Of a stretch of DNA of 64,000 nt, positions 41,078 through 55,929 are shown piece after piece. Source of the DNA: Octopus vulgaris (Eukaryota). The translations under genes and the position numbers were made by a program. Position 1 is the stretch's first letter; every line of letters begins with the position of its first letter. Location of the stretch: contig OX597839.1 in the NCBI GenBank assembly GCA_951406725.2, positions 17,422,001 to 17,486,000 on the forward strand, read 5' to 3'. The notes beneath the pieces are model-generated. The model was not told the DNA's origin, ran no database searches, and worked only from the letters and a program-made list of their open reading frames with translations.

Positions 41078-42156
41078 GTGTGTGCATATGTGTATTTATA
41101 TTTTCATTTATGATTATTTTGTATGTGTGTGTGTGTGTGTATGGAATATGTTTCCATCATGGAGAAGCCATAGTGCATTTTTTTCTTTCAAGTTCATTTT
41201 GCAGATATATACCAGCTGTAGAACACTAATATGCAGATGTACAGATGTGAAAAATTTCACAAATAATCCTATCTTACCCAATGTTAGCAGTGAAAAAAAT
41301 AAATTTAATATGGCAATTTGCACATGCACACACAAGCATTCAAACACACACACTTTCTTTCTCTCTCTCTCTCTCTCTCACACACATATCACACACATAT
41401 ATGTACATACATACAATTGAAAAATATGAAAAATTGTATGATTTTTACCTTACCTATGAACGTTAAGGGTTAATAAGGTTTCTTATCAAAGAGTGGGAGG
41501 ATGAGCAAAGATGCAATTTCTGATGCAAACGAAGTTATTTCATAAACTACAATTCTCTCTCTCTTAATGTATATGCACATATATATATATAATGTATGTG
41601 TTTGTGTATATATGAGTGTAAATATATATTTGCAAATATATTTATACAGAGAGAGATGTATGTATATAAGTGTATACATGTACACATACAAACATATTTG
41701 ATATTATATACACAGATGTGTTTTTGTGTGAGTTTGGGAAATGAGAGATAAAATACCAAGTAAAAATAAATCAAAGAATTTTTTGCTAGTTTTTATTTAG
41801 TTTTGTTTTTGTTTTTGTAGTCGGCATAAATTACAGTGAAATGCTTCTTGATATATTTGAAATAGCAAAAATTATCTAAATTCGTTTTTCAGAGACTTTT
41901 TGATCTGTGTGTAATAAATCAGTAGATAATATGATACAAAGAATATATTTGGGTCTGAATAATTTTCTTCTAAACACTCACGATGATAACGAAACAACGA
42001 TAGAAAGAAAAAAAGAAGAAAAAAATGATAGCAAAAAAAAGAGAAAGAAAGAAAGGAAGAAAGACAATAACGTCTTAGTCACTAGATTATGATTTCTGAA
42101 TGTAATATTGCACTTAATTCCATTTTCATGCCTACAGTTATTTTTATTTCTTCTTT

Positions 42157-42197
<41 letters not shown>

Positions 42198-42859
42198 AAT
42201 AATGATAATAATAACGATAAAAAATAATAAAAAGATGTTTCTTTGGAATATAAAAAATAAATTCTTTGGAGAAATTATTAACGAATTAAGTTTTCTCAAA
42301 ACAATTATTTAAAATTTTTAGTGTTTTCTTTCATTTTTTTTTTTAGATTAGTTCTTATTTTTATTTTTTTCTCAAAAAAGTAGATGAATTTGAAAATGAG
42401 ACAGATATTAATAAATAGAAATAAAACAAAGAGAGATGTATTAGAAAATTAAACCATTTACCCACCATGCATTCCCACCCCTAAGTTAACTTGTTGAGCT
42501 ACAATAACTTTAAATAATAAAAACACTAAAGTTAATTACTTTATAACTATATTACTATTTTGGTATTACAGAGTATATCTGTAAATTTTCAATTGTCACT
42601 GTATCTAGTTGACAGATATAAACACCTTGTCTTTTAGAAACCATAAAATTTTTGCTATGCTGTACTAACTATATATATTGCATGGCACCTCAGGCCAACC
42701 AAAGCCTTGTGAGTGGATTTGGAAGACTAAAATTGAAAGAAACCTTTCGTATAAATGTGTGTGTTCCTCACCGCTGCTATGCAACTGGTGTTGGTGTGTT
42801 TATGTCCCCATAACTTAGTTGTTGGGCAAAAAAACCCGATAGAATAAGTACCAGGTTTT

Positions 42860-43092
42860 TATTAGGTGAGCTGGCAGAAATGTTAGCATGCCGGGCGAAA
42901 TGCTTAGTGGTATTTCGTCTGCCACTTCGTTCTGAGTTCAAATTCTGCCGAGGTTGACTTTGCCTTTCATCCTTTCAGAGTCAATTAAATAAGTACCAGT
43001 TACGCACTGGGGTTGACATAATCGACTTAATCCGTTTGTCTGTCCTTGTTTGTCCCCTCTGTGTATAGCCCCTTGTGGGCAGTAAAGAAATA
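42860..43092 (+). mobile_element. SINE family B nested in a SINE family A copy (42680-43210), 19-bp TSD
   Basis: agaataagtaccaggtttt at 42841-42859 and 43093-43111; B-box gagttcaaatt. Confidence 0.85.
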
Positions 43093-43708
43093 AGAATAAG
43101 TACCAGGTTTTACTAAAATTTATAAGTATGAGGTCAATTTGTTTGACTAAAATTCTTCAAGGCGGTACCCCAACATTGCCACAGTCTAATGACTGAAACA
43201 AGTAAAAGATATGTGTGTGCGTGTAAAGCAATTGAGAAGGGATCAGATAATCCAGGTGTTTACCTCTGGCAGCATTCCCATGAGTGCTAGCTATATGAAG
43301 TTGTATAAACAAGAATTTCTCCTGTAGTACTGTAGATTTCAATCAATCATAAAATCCAGGTTTATTTCTGTTGCAGAGTATAAATAATAAGTGAAGAATG
43401 GAGTAACTACTATTACATGTATTCCAAAGTTTTACAATTGATTATATTCATTTGTTTGGTTATGATTAAATGACTGTGGAGGTTTTATGTAATATACAAG
43501 AATATATCATTGTTCTTATCAGTGTCTAAACACACAATGTTTGATTTGTCATCCACACTTTATTAAGACAGTTCTATAATATAGAATAAATGCAATGTCA
43601 ACTACTCAATGCTTCACCTATTATGTATGTGTGTGTGTGTGTATATACATACATACATATATATATATTATATAAACCAAGTTTATCGAGTGCGGTACTT
43701 TTTGAAAA

Positions 43709-43813
43709 GTCACCTGATGAAGCATTTCTGTACTGAAGGATGCACCGCAATTAGTTGCATAGTATTTCATCTGCAAGTGACAATGCAAAATGTGTCAAAA
43801 CGATCGTTGTGAT
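43709..43813 (+). ncRNA. Degenerate hammerhead ribozyme motif
   Basis: tcac-CTGATGA-agcattt...aaatgtgtc-(A)AAA-cgatcg-TT-gtga; G12 mutated to A; palindromic stem III (ACGATCGT). Confidence 0.5.
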
Positions 43814-44749
43814 TATTCAATAATCTCATGAATTCCATTTTCTTTCTCTCATCTGTCTGTGTATGTGTGTGTGTGTTTGTGTATACACACACGGACACAA
43901 ATATGATAGCCACAGGCATATATGTTTCAGAATTTTGCTTCACAACCACAAGGTTTCAAGTTTAGTCCCACTGTGCAACACCTTGAGCAAGTGTCATCTA
44001 CTATAGGCCATCCAAAGCCTTGTGAATGTGTTTGGTACATGGGAAACAAAAAAAAGCCCATTATATGTATCTTTATATATATCTATGCATACATGTGTGT
44101 ATGTATGCATACATGTGTGTATGTATGCATGTATGTGTGAGTGCATGCATGTGTCTCAGTGTGTTTGCTGCCATTTATACGTCTAAAATAATTGAGTTAC
44201 AAGAGTTGATGCTATTGTCATATGCTCTATCAAGGAATAATTCACTGTCTCCATGAATGATGTGTAGAGTAAGAAGCCCCTTATTTATAAAGCAGTTTAT
44301 GATTAAAGAACAGGGAATGTATATAGCTATAAAACATTGTCTTAATAATCTTTTTTACTAAAAGCTTAATAAGTGAAGAATGGAGTTACTTATGTAACTA
44401 ACATCAAAAGGATGAAAGGCGAAGACAACCTTGGTAGAACTTAAACTTAGAATATAAAGTCAGAAGAAATACTGCTAAGCATTTTATCTGGCTTGCTAAT
44501 GATTTTATTAGCAACCAACACTAACGTATAAATGACCACAAAAATAAACAAATGAATGAACACAATATATCTATAGACTTTAATATGTCTGTAGATTTTA
44601 GCCAACAGTGTATGTAAGAGACAGATGTAAATCTCTTACCTTTACACACAGTATCTTTGTGGGCAAATAAAATTGCAGTCATCTTGAGTAGATTCAACTC
44701 CATATTTGGATTTCAGTCTAGTGTTGGGATTTCATCAGTGACTAAGAAC

Positions 44750-44908
44750 CACTAGTGTAGCTAGAGTGTGTACTGTCCAGGGCAGCCCTTCCATTTGCCA
44801 CCCCCAGACCCTACAGAAAACATATATTGCCTACAGCAGACCCAAAGTGGTGCCCCTTTAAAAGTACCACCTGGGGCAGACTGCCCTCCCCCTTTAGCTA
44901 CACTAGTG
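44750..44908. mobile_element. MITE (159 bp) with 14-bp perfect TIR and 8-bp TSD
   Basis: ctaagaac|cactagtgtagcta ... tagctacactagtg|ctaagaac. Confidence 0.85.
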
Positions 44909-45139
44909 CTAAGAACCCTCTTTACCTCTCCATAGAGATTTTTTGGTGTTCCTACCAGAATGGCTATATGGTTAAGAAGTTTGTTCCTCAATTTGCAGCC
45001 ATGAGTTTTTTGGGTTCAGTCTAACTGAACGACTGAACGAGCAGCGTCTTGAGCAATTACTTTCAACAAAAACCTCAGGTTGAAATGCCTTGAGAGAAAT
45101 AACAGAATTTGTGTGGGAGCCTATCATATATATATATAT

Positions 45140-46215
45140 ATCTCAAAAGCCTTCATCCAGGACTCTACACAATCCTTAAACTGTAGTGTTGGTTTCTGCT
45201 AGGGTCACTTTCCCCAAACATGTCCACCATATAGCATTGATTGTGTAGAGTCCTTGATGAAGGCATGTAAGATATGGAAGGTCAGTTGGGAAAGCAATGT
45301 TTGCCATTGTCACTAGTGGAGGAAACAAATAAAGGCAGGCATGGGTATTTTTGAAGAAACACCCATTTTTCCTGCTGAACTTAAGCAAGTTGTTTGAAAA
45401 CGCACTGCCAGTGTAGTGAATAGGGGAAATTTACCTGGTCTAGTGTAGATAGTGCGCAACCATACAAGAGCTGGTGCTTCAAATCAAAGATGCAGTGTGA
45501 CCTTTGTTTGAGTGAAGAATTGAGAATTTTGACTCAAGGCAGTTATAGTTTGAACAAAAGAACTGAGCTGTTAAGCCTTGTATGCATGTGGCTAAGTATC
45601 TTCTATGCAAATACGAACCACCTTGAATTTCATTCTTGTTCAGGAAAAAAAAACATTCATTTCAAAATATTTGATCAATAGGCTTTATTGATGTATATTT
45701 TAATATGTCTGGGTGCATGTCAATATGTGCATATGTATATGCATGTGTTTGCTCAGGTTCATGTAAAATAAGCACCCATATACACATACATTGTTTTTAA
45801 AATACATTAATTAAAAGTATTACTTCAAAGTATTACTTTGACACATTGCTTAAACAGCAACACAATTTCATGACTTCACTTGTATGGAGTTTAAGACATT
45901 TCTGATAATATTATCACGAGAACCAGAAATGAAATCAAAAGCATGAGCTCGAAGCAGCTGTTTTTGCACATGCCATTCACAAAGGTTTTCAAACAGAAGA
46001 ACCGAAGGATAAGCATTTTTTTCAAACTTTTATTTCAAAAAATATGCAGACAGTGCATATTTCAAAAGAAAACCAGGGCTGATTTACCAGCTGATGATCA
46101 GAAATAAATTACTCTGGGTACTAGAAATCAGAGCCTTTCAGTTATGATGTATTAAAGAATACCATACATTTGTATTAAGTCTTATAATTTATTGCTTCTG
46201 GTGAGTAAATCAACA
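45140..46215 (+). mobile_element. Penelope-like element 3' remnant (second PLE family)
   Basis: CDLCLSEELRIL..SLNKRTELL..CMH..KYLL resembles a PLE endonuclease C-terminus; weak HHR-like ttaccag-CTGATGA...ctggtga at 46084-46204; flanked by (TA)n. Confidence 0.6.
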
Positions 46216-46218
46216 CAT

Positions 46219-46274
<56 letters not shown>

Positions 46275-46697
46275 AAGACACAATATTTATACGCTTACAT
46301 ATTCCCATTTCTTGTTTTTATCCAACATTAACATAGTATATACACTTCACCAATGAACATATTTTTAACAGACACCACACACCCTCTACTTAACCCTCCA
46401 TTCCCAGTCGGATTCTACCACAATTTCTGTTTCTCTGTGACCTAAGACCCTCCGAACTAATCACTTCTTATTACATATACAGACTACTGAAATTGATTTA
46501 TTACATGTCATCACAAAAACCCCATTTATTTTTTTATTTATTTATTGCATTATATAATTCATTTTAATAGGCACAAGCCTGGATATGTGATAAAAAGTTT
46601 GCTTCCCAACCACATGGTCTTGAGTTCAGTCCCACTGTGTGACACCAGGCCAACCAAATCCTTGTCAGTGGATTTAGTGTATGGAAACTGAAAGAAG

Positions 46698-46746
<49 letters not shown>

Positions 46747-46756
46747 TATATATATA

Positions 46757-47050
46757 TCAAAATAAGCAACAGGATATAAAGAAGTAATGCAGTACAGATG
46801 ATTCAAGTGGCTCCATTTGGTAGCTTCTAACTTGAAGGGAAAACAGCATGGACTTTGTCTGTCTTCTTACACTCTTAGGGGATTTAAGTAAAATTATACA
46901 AATGTGTCCAGCTGATTGAATTAATTCTATTTCGTCATTTAGGATAGCTCTGCATTTAAATTGATGTAATGATTACAGTGTTCAATGAATTGGAGCCACT
47001 TTAAACGGTTTTACCTCATCACCTCTGGATATCCTGTTGTATATTTTGCT
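46757..47050. repeat. Imperfect terminal inverted repeat module next to (TA)n
   Basis: aaaataagcaacaggatat..aagtggctcca versus tggagccactt..atatcctgttgtatatttt. Confidence 0.55.
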
Positions 47051-47136
47051 TTTATTCACCTTATTTTGAAATTGTATGGATAATACCACACAAATTTTTG
47101 GTACCTCAAGTACCTAATTCCTCTGAATCTCTGAGA

Positions 47137-47178
<42 letters not shown>

Positions 47179-47366
47179 TATTATAAATAGATGAGTGTAT
47201 TTTTACCTTGTTAACAATTAACATGGAAAAAATAAATAAATAGTTACCTGGGCAGCAATAATCTCACAAGTAAAAGTGTTGTATCAGTGGAATTTTCGAA
47301 ACATGTGTCGAAAGTAAAAATATTTTATTACATTTGCGTTAAACTCCATTTATTTATTCATATATT

Positions 47367-47413
<47 letters not shown>

Positions 47414-48034
47414 GTATATATGTGTATATATGTATATATGTATATATGTATATATATATATATATGTATATATATATGATTTGACTGGGCCTGATGAAGC
47501 CTTCTGGCTTCACAGACCCCAGTAGAACCGTCCAACCCATGCTAGCATGGAAAACGGACGCTAAACGATGATGATGATGATGATATATGTATATATGTAT
47601 ATATATATGTATATGTGTATATATATATATGTATATGTATATATGTATATGTATATATATATGTATATGTATATATATGCATATGTATATATATGTATAT
47701 GTATATATATATGTATATATAATGTATATATGTATGTATATGTATATATGTATGTATATGTATGTATATATATGTATATATGTATGTATATATGTATGTA
47801 TATGTATGTGTATATATGTATGTATATGTATATATATATATATATGTATGTATATATATGTGTATATATACACATAAACACACACACACACATATATATA
47901 TACATATATACATACATACATACATATATACATACATATATCTAAATTAAATAATAAGGGTAGAAATTGATGTTAATCAATTAAAACCAGTGGCTTAGCA
48001 TATTTAAAAATCTGAAGATTAAAAATTGTGTTAC

Positions 48035-48557
48035 AAAATTAAGAGGAATGAGCACTAAAGTGGACACCCTATATGCTAAACATAGACGTCAAATCACCAT
48101 TACCACGAAGAATGTGTTCTCAAGAAAAAAAATCTCAGCAAAACACCAAAATGTAAAAATGAGCTAGACAAATGAAAACATACGAAATAAAAATGATTAC
48201 CTACGTACCATTGGTTTCACTTGTTAATATCTATGTATATAAACATGAACATATCTGCAAGGTCATCAGCGTAATTTGTCACTTACAAAACACAATTTCC
48301 AGAACTAGATAAAGAATGCTCAACTAAAATTGATCATATATAAAGTTCTGCAAATTATATTTGGGTATATTCTTTCAAATACCTTCACTTTGGCATGCTG
48401 AGGCCGGAAATTACTCTGCAGTTAATAAATTTCAGCAGCCAATTTATCAGTTAGAGAACATTTTTTTCTTGAGAACACATTCTTCATGGGTAATGGCGAT
48501 TTGACCTCTATGTTTAGCATATGGGTGTCCACTTTAGTGGTCATTCCTCATAATTTT
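48035..48557. repeat. Inverted repeat (~98-bp arms) enclosing an HHR; PLE pLTR-like
   Basis: 48035-48132 is the reverse complement of 48461-48557; a related fragment lies at ~37310-37345. Confidence 0.85.
48201..48274 (-). ncRNA. Type-I hammerhead ribozyme motif with intact core
   Basis: UUACG-CUGAUGA-ccuug...caagu-GAAA-CCAAUGG-UA-CGUAG. Confidence 0.7.
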
Positions 48558-48626
48558 ATATGTATATATATGCATATATATATGCATATATATATATATA
48601 TATGCATATATATATATATATATATA

Positions 48627-48681
<55 letters not shown>

Positions 48682-48726
48682 TCATCATCATCATCATCAT
48701 CGTTTAGCGTCCGTTGATGATGATGA

Positions 48727-48774
<48 letters not shown>

Positions 48775-48839
48775 ACAATCAAGGAACGGCCATAATAGGC
48801 CATTCACCCACTAGAAATAACAGCCAAAGCTATATATAT

Positions 48840-48896
<57 letters not shown>

Positions 48897-49752
48897 GTAT
48901 GTATGTATATATATGTATGTATATTTATGTATATATATATGTATGTATATGTATGTATATATATATGTATATATATATATATGTATATGTATATATATAT
49001 GTATATATATGTATGTGTATATGTATATATATGTATATATATGTATGTGTATATGTATATATATATGAATATATATATTATATATATATGTATATACTGT
49101 GAAAATACAGACCCATGCATATGTATTTATGTATACAAACATGCTGTATGTATATATATGTCTTAATGCATTTTGTTCTGCACTCTTGAAATAATTGAAA
49201 TTCCAAAGTTCAAAGAAATGTGCAAAGAAAGACCCATTAAAACAACCAAAAAGGAAAAAAATTCACAAAATGAAGTTTAAAAAATTCAATTTTTCCAAAG
49301 AATAAAGTTTAATATTGGTTTCCTCAATAACAACAACCACAATAATGGTTTAAAAATAGGAAAAATTGTGAATTCTTTTGACAATGAGGCTTAAAAGCAA
49401 AGCAAGTCACAAAAGTATATTGTTACACAATCACCAATTGTAGATTTATTTAATAGATCTATCTGCATAACTAACGAACTAATAGCATCAGAATGAAGTT
49501 ATTAAGTCAACCATTGTTTATACAGTTATGATTAGGTGTTTTTACCTTTAATTATAACATTGAAAGCTGATATTAAATTAATGGCCATTTTAAATATTTT
49601 TATTGTTTTGTTGTTTCACTGTCTAATTACCTGCCTGGCCATGAAAATGAAGAATGAATTATTGAAAAAGATGTGTGTAGTGCAGCATCTTATTAAGAAA
49701 TGTGTATGTGTGTGTGTGCATATAGATGATGTGTATGTGGATAGTGAGTACT

Positions 49753-49795
<43 letters not shown>

Positions 49796-49844
49796 GCACA
49801 CATATATGTATAGATAACATCTGCATATCTATATCTACATATGC

Positions 49845-49909
<65 letters not shown>

Positions 49910-49946
49910 CACACATATATATATATATATACACATACACACACAC

Positions 49947-50014
<68 letters not shown>

Positions 50015-50022
50015 ATATATAT

Positions 50023-50085
<63 letters not shown>

Positions 50086-50173
50086 TATACACATATGTAT
50101 ATATATATACATATATACACATATGTATATATATACATATATATATATACACATATGTATATATACACACATA

Positions 50174-50204
<31 letters not shown>

Positions 50205-52802
50205 GTATGTGGTTGTGTGGCAGGGTGTGTTCATATATATGTGGTTGTGCACTGGGTGTGTGTGTGTGTATGTATGTGAAAACTCATTTCAGGAAGCTGA
50301 ATCTCACAAAAATGACAACACAGGACTGTGAAAAGTAGTGAGCTGCTATGTTGTAGAAGACATATCCAACCCATGCATGCATGGGAAATCTCAGATGAAA
50401 TTGATAAAGTTGATTATGCTCACATGAAATATACATTAACAAATCATATGCATGTGTGTGTGTGTAAGTATTTGTATGTATGCATATGTCTATATGTATG
50501 CATGTTTTGTTCAGTTTTTGATTATTTAAAGTCTTCCAGTAAAGCAGGAGCTCTTTTCAGGTATATACATGTGTGCACATATGCGTGTGTATTGTCATCA
50601 TTTGAACATCACATTTTTCATTGGTTGAACGAAGTTTACAGAGGTAGATTTTTCTTCTGTAGGATGCCCTTCTTGCTGTCAAACCTTACCCTGTCTCTTA
50701 GCAAGGTAATATTTCCCTATGGCTAGACATGTTTCCACTACATATTGGAATTGTATGACGTTGCTTGTATGAGAGTGACACTCATTTACAACTACTATGC
50801 TATGTCGATATAAGGAGGCACAAAAATATGTGTATTCTCACACTTTCTCTCTCCCACACACACGCACACACATACATACATATATACAACGGAATTTCTT
50901 CAGTTTTCAGCCTCAGTCAACCAAATCCACTCACCAGGTTTTGGTTGATCCCAGGTAAGAGTAGAAGACACTTGACCAAGGTGCCATGCAGTGAGATTGA
51001 ACATGAAACCATATGGCTGCAAAGCAATCAGCTTAAGCTTACTGCCATGCCCGTGTCACATCTGCATATGTGTGCATATATATATTTATATGTATGTGTG
51101 TGTGCATATATATATGTATGTATTTGCATGTGTATATATATATATATATACACATGCAAATACATACATATATATATATATATGTGTATGGGTATGTATA
51201 TGTATGTGTGTGTGTATATATGTGTGTGTGTATATATGTATGTGTGTGTATATATGTATATGTGTGTGTATATATGTATATGTGTGTGTATATATATATA
51301 TGTGTGTGTGTGTGTATATATATGTGTATATGCAAATATATATATATATATGTTAATATATATATATATATATATATATATTAAAGCTTCATTGTTCTCT
51401 TTGAAGGTAATATTAGGTTAATTGATAGATTATTAGATGATTAATTGCTAAGATTGTAAAATGAAATTATTAGTCGATTATAATGCACGATGCTATTAAC
51501 CAGCTTATTCTTATGTCAAAATTAATATTCCTGCAATGGGATTTTAGCTTTTGGAATATCATCAAACAATACAAACTGTACAATAGTTCAGATTGCCAAG
51601 GCACCAGTCTTTATTGAGAAAAACAGTTGTAAATATATAGACATATTAAATTTGGCTTAATATAGAAACTTAGAAGCAATTAACTTCCTCTGTGACTCTT
51701 CCTCTCCCTGCCTCTCTCTTTCTCCCTCTGTATCTCTTTTAATTTGTTAACAGAGACTACAAACACACAAGTACATAAGTATATGCATTTGTGTGTATGC
51801 ATGCACTTATGGGTGTATGTGTGTGTATGTGGAAGTATATATATATATATATATATATATACATACATACACATACATACACATGCATGACTGTGAGTTT
51901 AAGATGCTCATTTTACACCTATATGGTTCTGAGTTCAATTCTTTATATGGCACCTTGAGCAACTGCATTCTACTAAAGCCTTAGGGTGATCAAAACTCTG
52001 TGAATTGATTTAGGATATGGAACCTGAAAGAAGCTCATTATGTGTGTGAAACGCGGAGTTGATGAAACAGAGGCAGCTGAAGAAGGGGAATTTTCCTTGT
52101 GTTGTATGTCTTGTACTCTATTTTTTCGTTGTTTAAGAAAAATGTCCATTTCCTTGGTTTTGTGTTTATGTTTTCGTTTCTCATTGTGTTTGACGTTTTT
52201 TTGGTGTCATGTACCCATATATGCATGTATATATACATGTAAATGTAGGTACGTACATATATGTATGTATATATGCATATGTTTTATTTATTAATTTGTT
52301 ATTATATGACGGAACGCACGCATCCATTTCTAAGTAAGTTTTATCTTAATATATATATATATATATATATTATATAATTAGGGCTTAGTAAAATAAATTA
52401 CTTTGCCACATACTGAACTTAGTAGAAATAGCAGCCAAAAAAAATTTTCTTAGCATTTCTACAACTTAAAGAAAATTTCTCTCAGATAATGTTTACACAC
52501 ACACACATACTCACACACACACACATAGATTTGTCACTGTTTAGTTAGATATTTAAGAGTCGTTGTAATTTACCTATTGAATTTATTTATCAATACAGTT
52601 GTACATAGGGTAAATTTGTTTGAAAGTTGTGGTATCTTTGGTGCGTTTGTTCCCAAACAGCACTTATTTTAGTGGTTGACTCCTCTGGATTGAATGGTAC
52701 TGCCCAAAACCATAATGATATCCATGGGGCAGCTGATGATGGAGGTATATTGGATTGTTGGTATGGCTGTGGAATAGTATTATAACACATCCTTTTGATA
52801 TA

Positions 52803-53020
52803 CAGAAGAGTGTGATGAAAAGTTCCAGGCTTTGGGTAAAAGAAAATACAAAAGAATCAATTAATTATGATTCTATTCACCATATTCCCCTCTCAGATTC
52901 ACATTCTTATTGCAATGATCATTCAGATTTTCTAAGCCCTGTAAAAGAAATCAGAAGGTTGAGCCTCCAACCAGTCATTTTGTGATACTCTTAAAACCAG
53001 AACTTTTCAGCACCCCATCG
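52803..53020 (+). mobile_element. Mariner-derived MITE
   Basis: Same TIR and internal sequence as 40633-40849. Confidence 0.75.
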
Positions 53021-53447
53021 TGTATATATATATAAATATTATATGCACAGGCATTGTTGTGTTGTTAAGAAGCATGCTTTGCAACCAGAGGTTTCTGGTT
53101 CAGCTCCACTGTGTTGTACCTTGGGTAAGTGTCTTCTATGCCCCCAAGCTGGTCAATGCATTATGAGTGAATTTGGTGGACACAAACTGTGTGGAAGTCC
53201 ATTGCTTGGGGGCATAGAAGACACTGAAAAAAGCCCATCGTGTATATATATATACATATCAATGTGTGTGTATTTGTATTTGTCCTCCATCACCAGTTAA
53301 GCATAAGAGACCATAGAATAAGTGCTTAACTTAAAACGTTTTGGGCTATACTGTTCAAGGTGATACCTCAGCATAGCCACAGTCCAATGACTGATACAGG
53401 TAAATGATATATATATATATAATAGAGAGATGGGTGGATAGATAGAT

Positions 53448-53482
<35 letters not shown>

Positions 53483-53960
53483 TGTACATACACACACACA
53501 GATATCTATATATAAAGCTGAAAACCCTTTCTTAACACAAGTGGAAGGGTGTGGTGAAATATCTACCCACCACCTCTTCACATTGATATTACATGTATTG
53601 ATCAGATTATATTGTTTGCTCCCTTTGAATGCTTCAGTCACTCAACCCTTCCCCACAACCACTTTAAGCTTTCTGTTCTCTTTTTTTCCTTCTACCACTT
53701 CTTCCCATTACTTACTCCCCCCCTTTCCTTTTCCCTTTCTTTTCTTTTCCCCCTCTTTCCTTACTATTTCCTTTTCCTCTTTTTTTTCTGTTTCTCTCTT
53801 TCTCCAAATACATACACACACACATATATATATATATGTATATGATATATATATATATGTGTATATGTATGTATATGTATGTATGTATATGTATGTATAT
53901 ATATGTATGTATATGTATGTATATATATGTATGTATATGTATATATATGTATATATATAT

Positions 53961-54013
<53 letters not shown>

Positions 54014-54855
54014 CATCCATAACCATGATCTATATTTTATAAGCAGTCACTTTTCACATCTTGATGGTCATTCGGACTGATCAGGCTGGCGCCAATTTCG
54101 TTAAATGCTAGCCAGCCACATCTGGAAAATCCTGAGTGAGTGGACAATTGCTGCATGATGGCTAAATACCATTACAGAACTGCTGCCATTTTTCCACTGC
54201 CATCATCAACACCACTGACCACTACCACCAACCTCCACAGCCACCACCCACCTACACCATCACAATCACCACCAACATCATCACCATGGACCACTAGCAA
54301 TAACCATCACCACCACAATCATCATCACCACTACCACAACAACCATCACTACCAACCACTACGTCTTCTGCTATGAGCCAACCAGCACCAGCACCACCTC
54401 TACCAACCACAATACTGCCAGCATTTTGCTGAGCTGGTGGATGGCATATTGAAACAGTTATAAATATTACTAAATAATGTCTATATTTACTATAAAAATA
54501 TCTTATTCTCTATAGGATTGCTTACTCAAAAGCCTTATTCAATTAATCTCCTATAAATCTTAGAGAAATACACCAAGTTTTTCTGTTTGTTTTCTTGTTT
54601 CATAAAACCTCTTTCAGGCTCTCCTCATCTTCTTACATTTTTCCTTCAGCTTCTTTCTGAATGATTTTTATATTTTGTTTCTTATTACACTTTTTATTTA
54701 TTTATTTTTAAAAATTCTTTTATTCCTTATGCTGGTTGGCTTCAGTTATTGGACTGAGGCCATGCTGGGGCAACCACTTTGAAGGATTTTTTTTTTAGTT
54801 TTGATCGTATCAGCTCTAGTAATTATTTTAGTCTGGTACTTACTTTATTGATCTC

Positions 54856-54911
<56 letters not shown>

Positions 54912-54922
54912 CACACACACAG

Positions 54923-54962
<40 letters not shown>

Positions 54963-55463
54963 TACAAATATACAAACGTTTACTCTGTTTTATTATAAAG
55001 GGCCATAATTCAACACACCAATTATTTATATCTGTATACATGCATGCGTGTGCATACACTCTCACTTTCTTTCTCTCTCTGCACACAGTTTTAAAAGGAG
55101 TGCTTTTATATTTATAAAAACACCAGCATTAACTGAATAAAAGAGGCTCAGTATAAGCATAGTGTTTGATATTTCTAATAATTTTATTGATAGTGATTTT
55201 GAAGTTTGGCTGAGTGATTGCTTTAGTCAGATAGTGTGCAAAAGCAAGTTTTGTTTCCCATCATATTGTTCAATGTGAGGCTAGAATAGAGGACACTTGC
55301 TTGTAATGGTTGACACTGGGGTTGAACTAAAAGCTATGAGTATAGCAAGCAATCATCTTGACTGCTCTGCTATTTTTATTTTAGTTGTAATTTAGAAAAT
55401 GACTGCCAGTATCACCCAAGGGTTGTATGCATTCTACCAATAGTGTTTATGCAGAATGCTCAA

Positions 55464-55746
55464 CAGTGATTCCCAATGTGGGGCCTGGGAAAATTGTGGT
55501 GGGGCATGGTACCATAGTTGTCAGGTACAAGGTTCTTATTAAAGTGTGTCACTTTTTTCTTAGTCAATAATGTACTCTTTTTATACTCAGTACTTAATAA
55601 AAGAGTTACTGGTAGATTCTTTTCTATTAAATAATCGTGATTAAAATCATAAAAGTAAAGTTGGTTTTTCCTACCACTGGTGGGGGCCTACATTTTTCTA
55701 GAAAGTTATAGAAAGGCCTGAAGGGAAAATAGGTTGGGAAACACTG
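55464..55746. mobile_element. hAT-like MITE
   Basis: TIR cagtgattcccaa / ttgggaaacactg; no TSD preserved. Confidence 0.55.
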
Positions 55747-55929
55747 ATCTACAGGGACAGGCATAAACTCTGAAGTCCTGAAAAGAGCCAGTCTGCATGG
55801 CCTTGGCCTGCAGGAGATTGTGGTGTGGAGAAGAGTAAGAGTTTTCCAACTACCATAAGAACAAATATCCAAAAAAGATACCCAAGAAGAAATGGCATGT
55901 TACCTTCAAAGAAGATCCAATGCAACTTA

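Noticed and set aside
52045-52110. HHR at gaaacgcgg...ctgaaga
   Set aside because: Core elements are not in a foldable order or spacing in this copy. The partial gaaacatgtgtc at ~47298 similarly lacks CUGANGA.
54195-54415. His/Thr/Pro-rich ORF
   Set aside because: Degenerate (ACC/ATC)n trinucleotide repeat.
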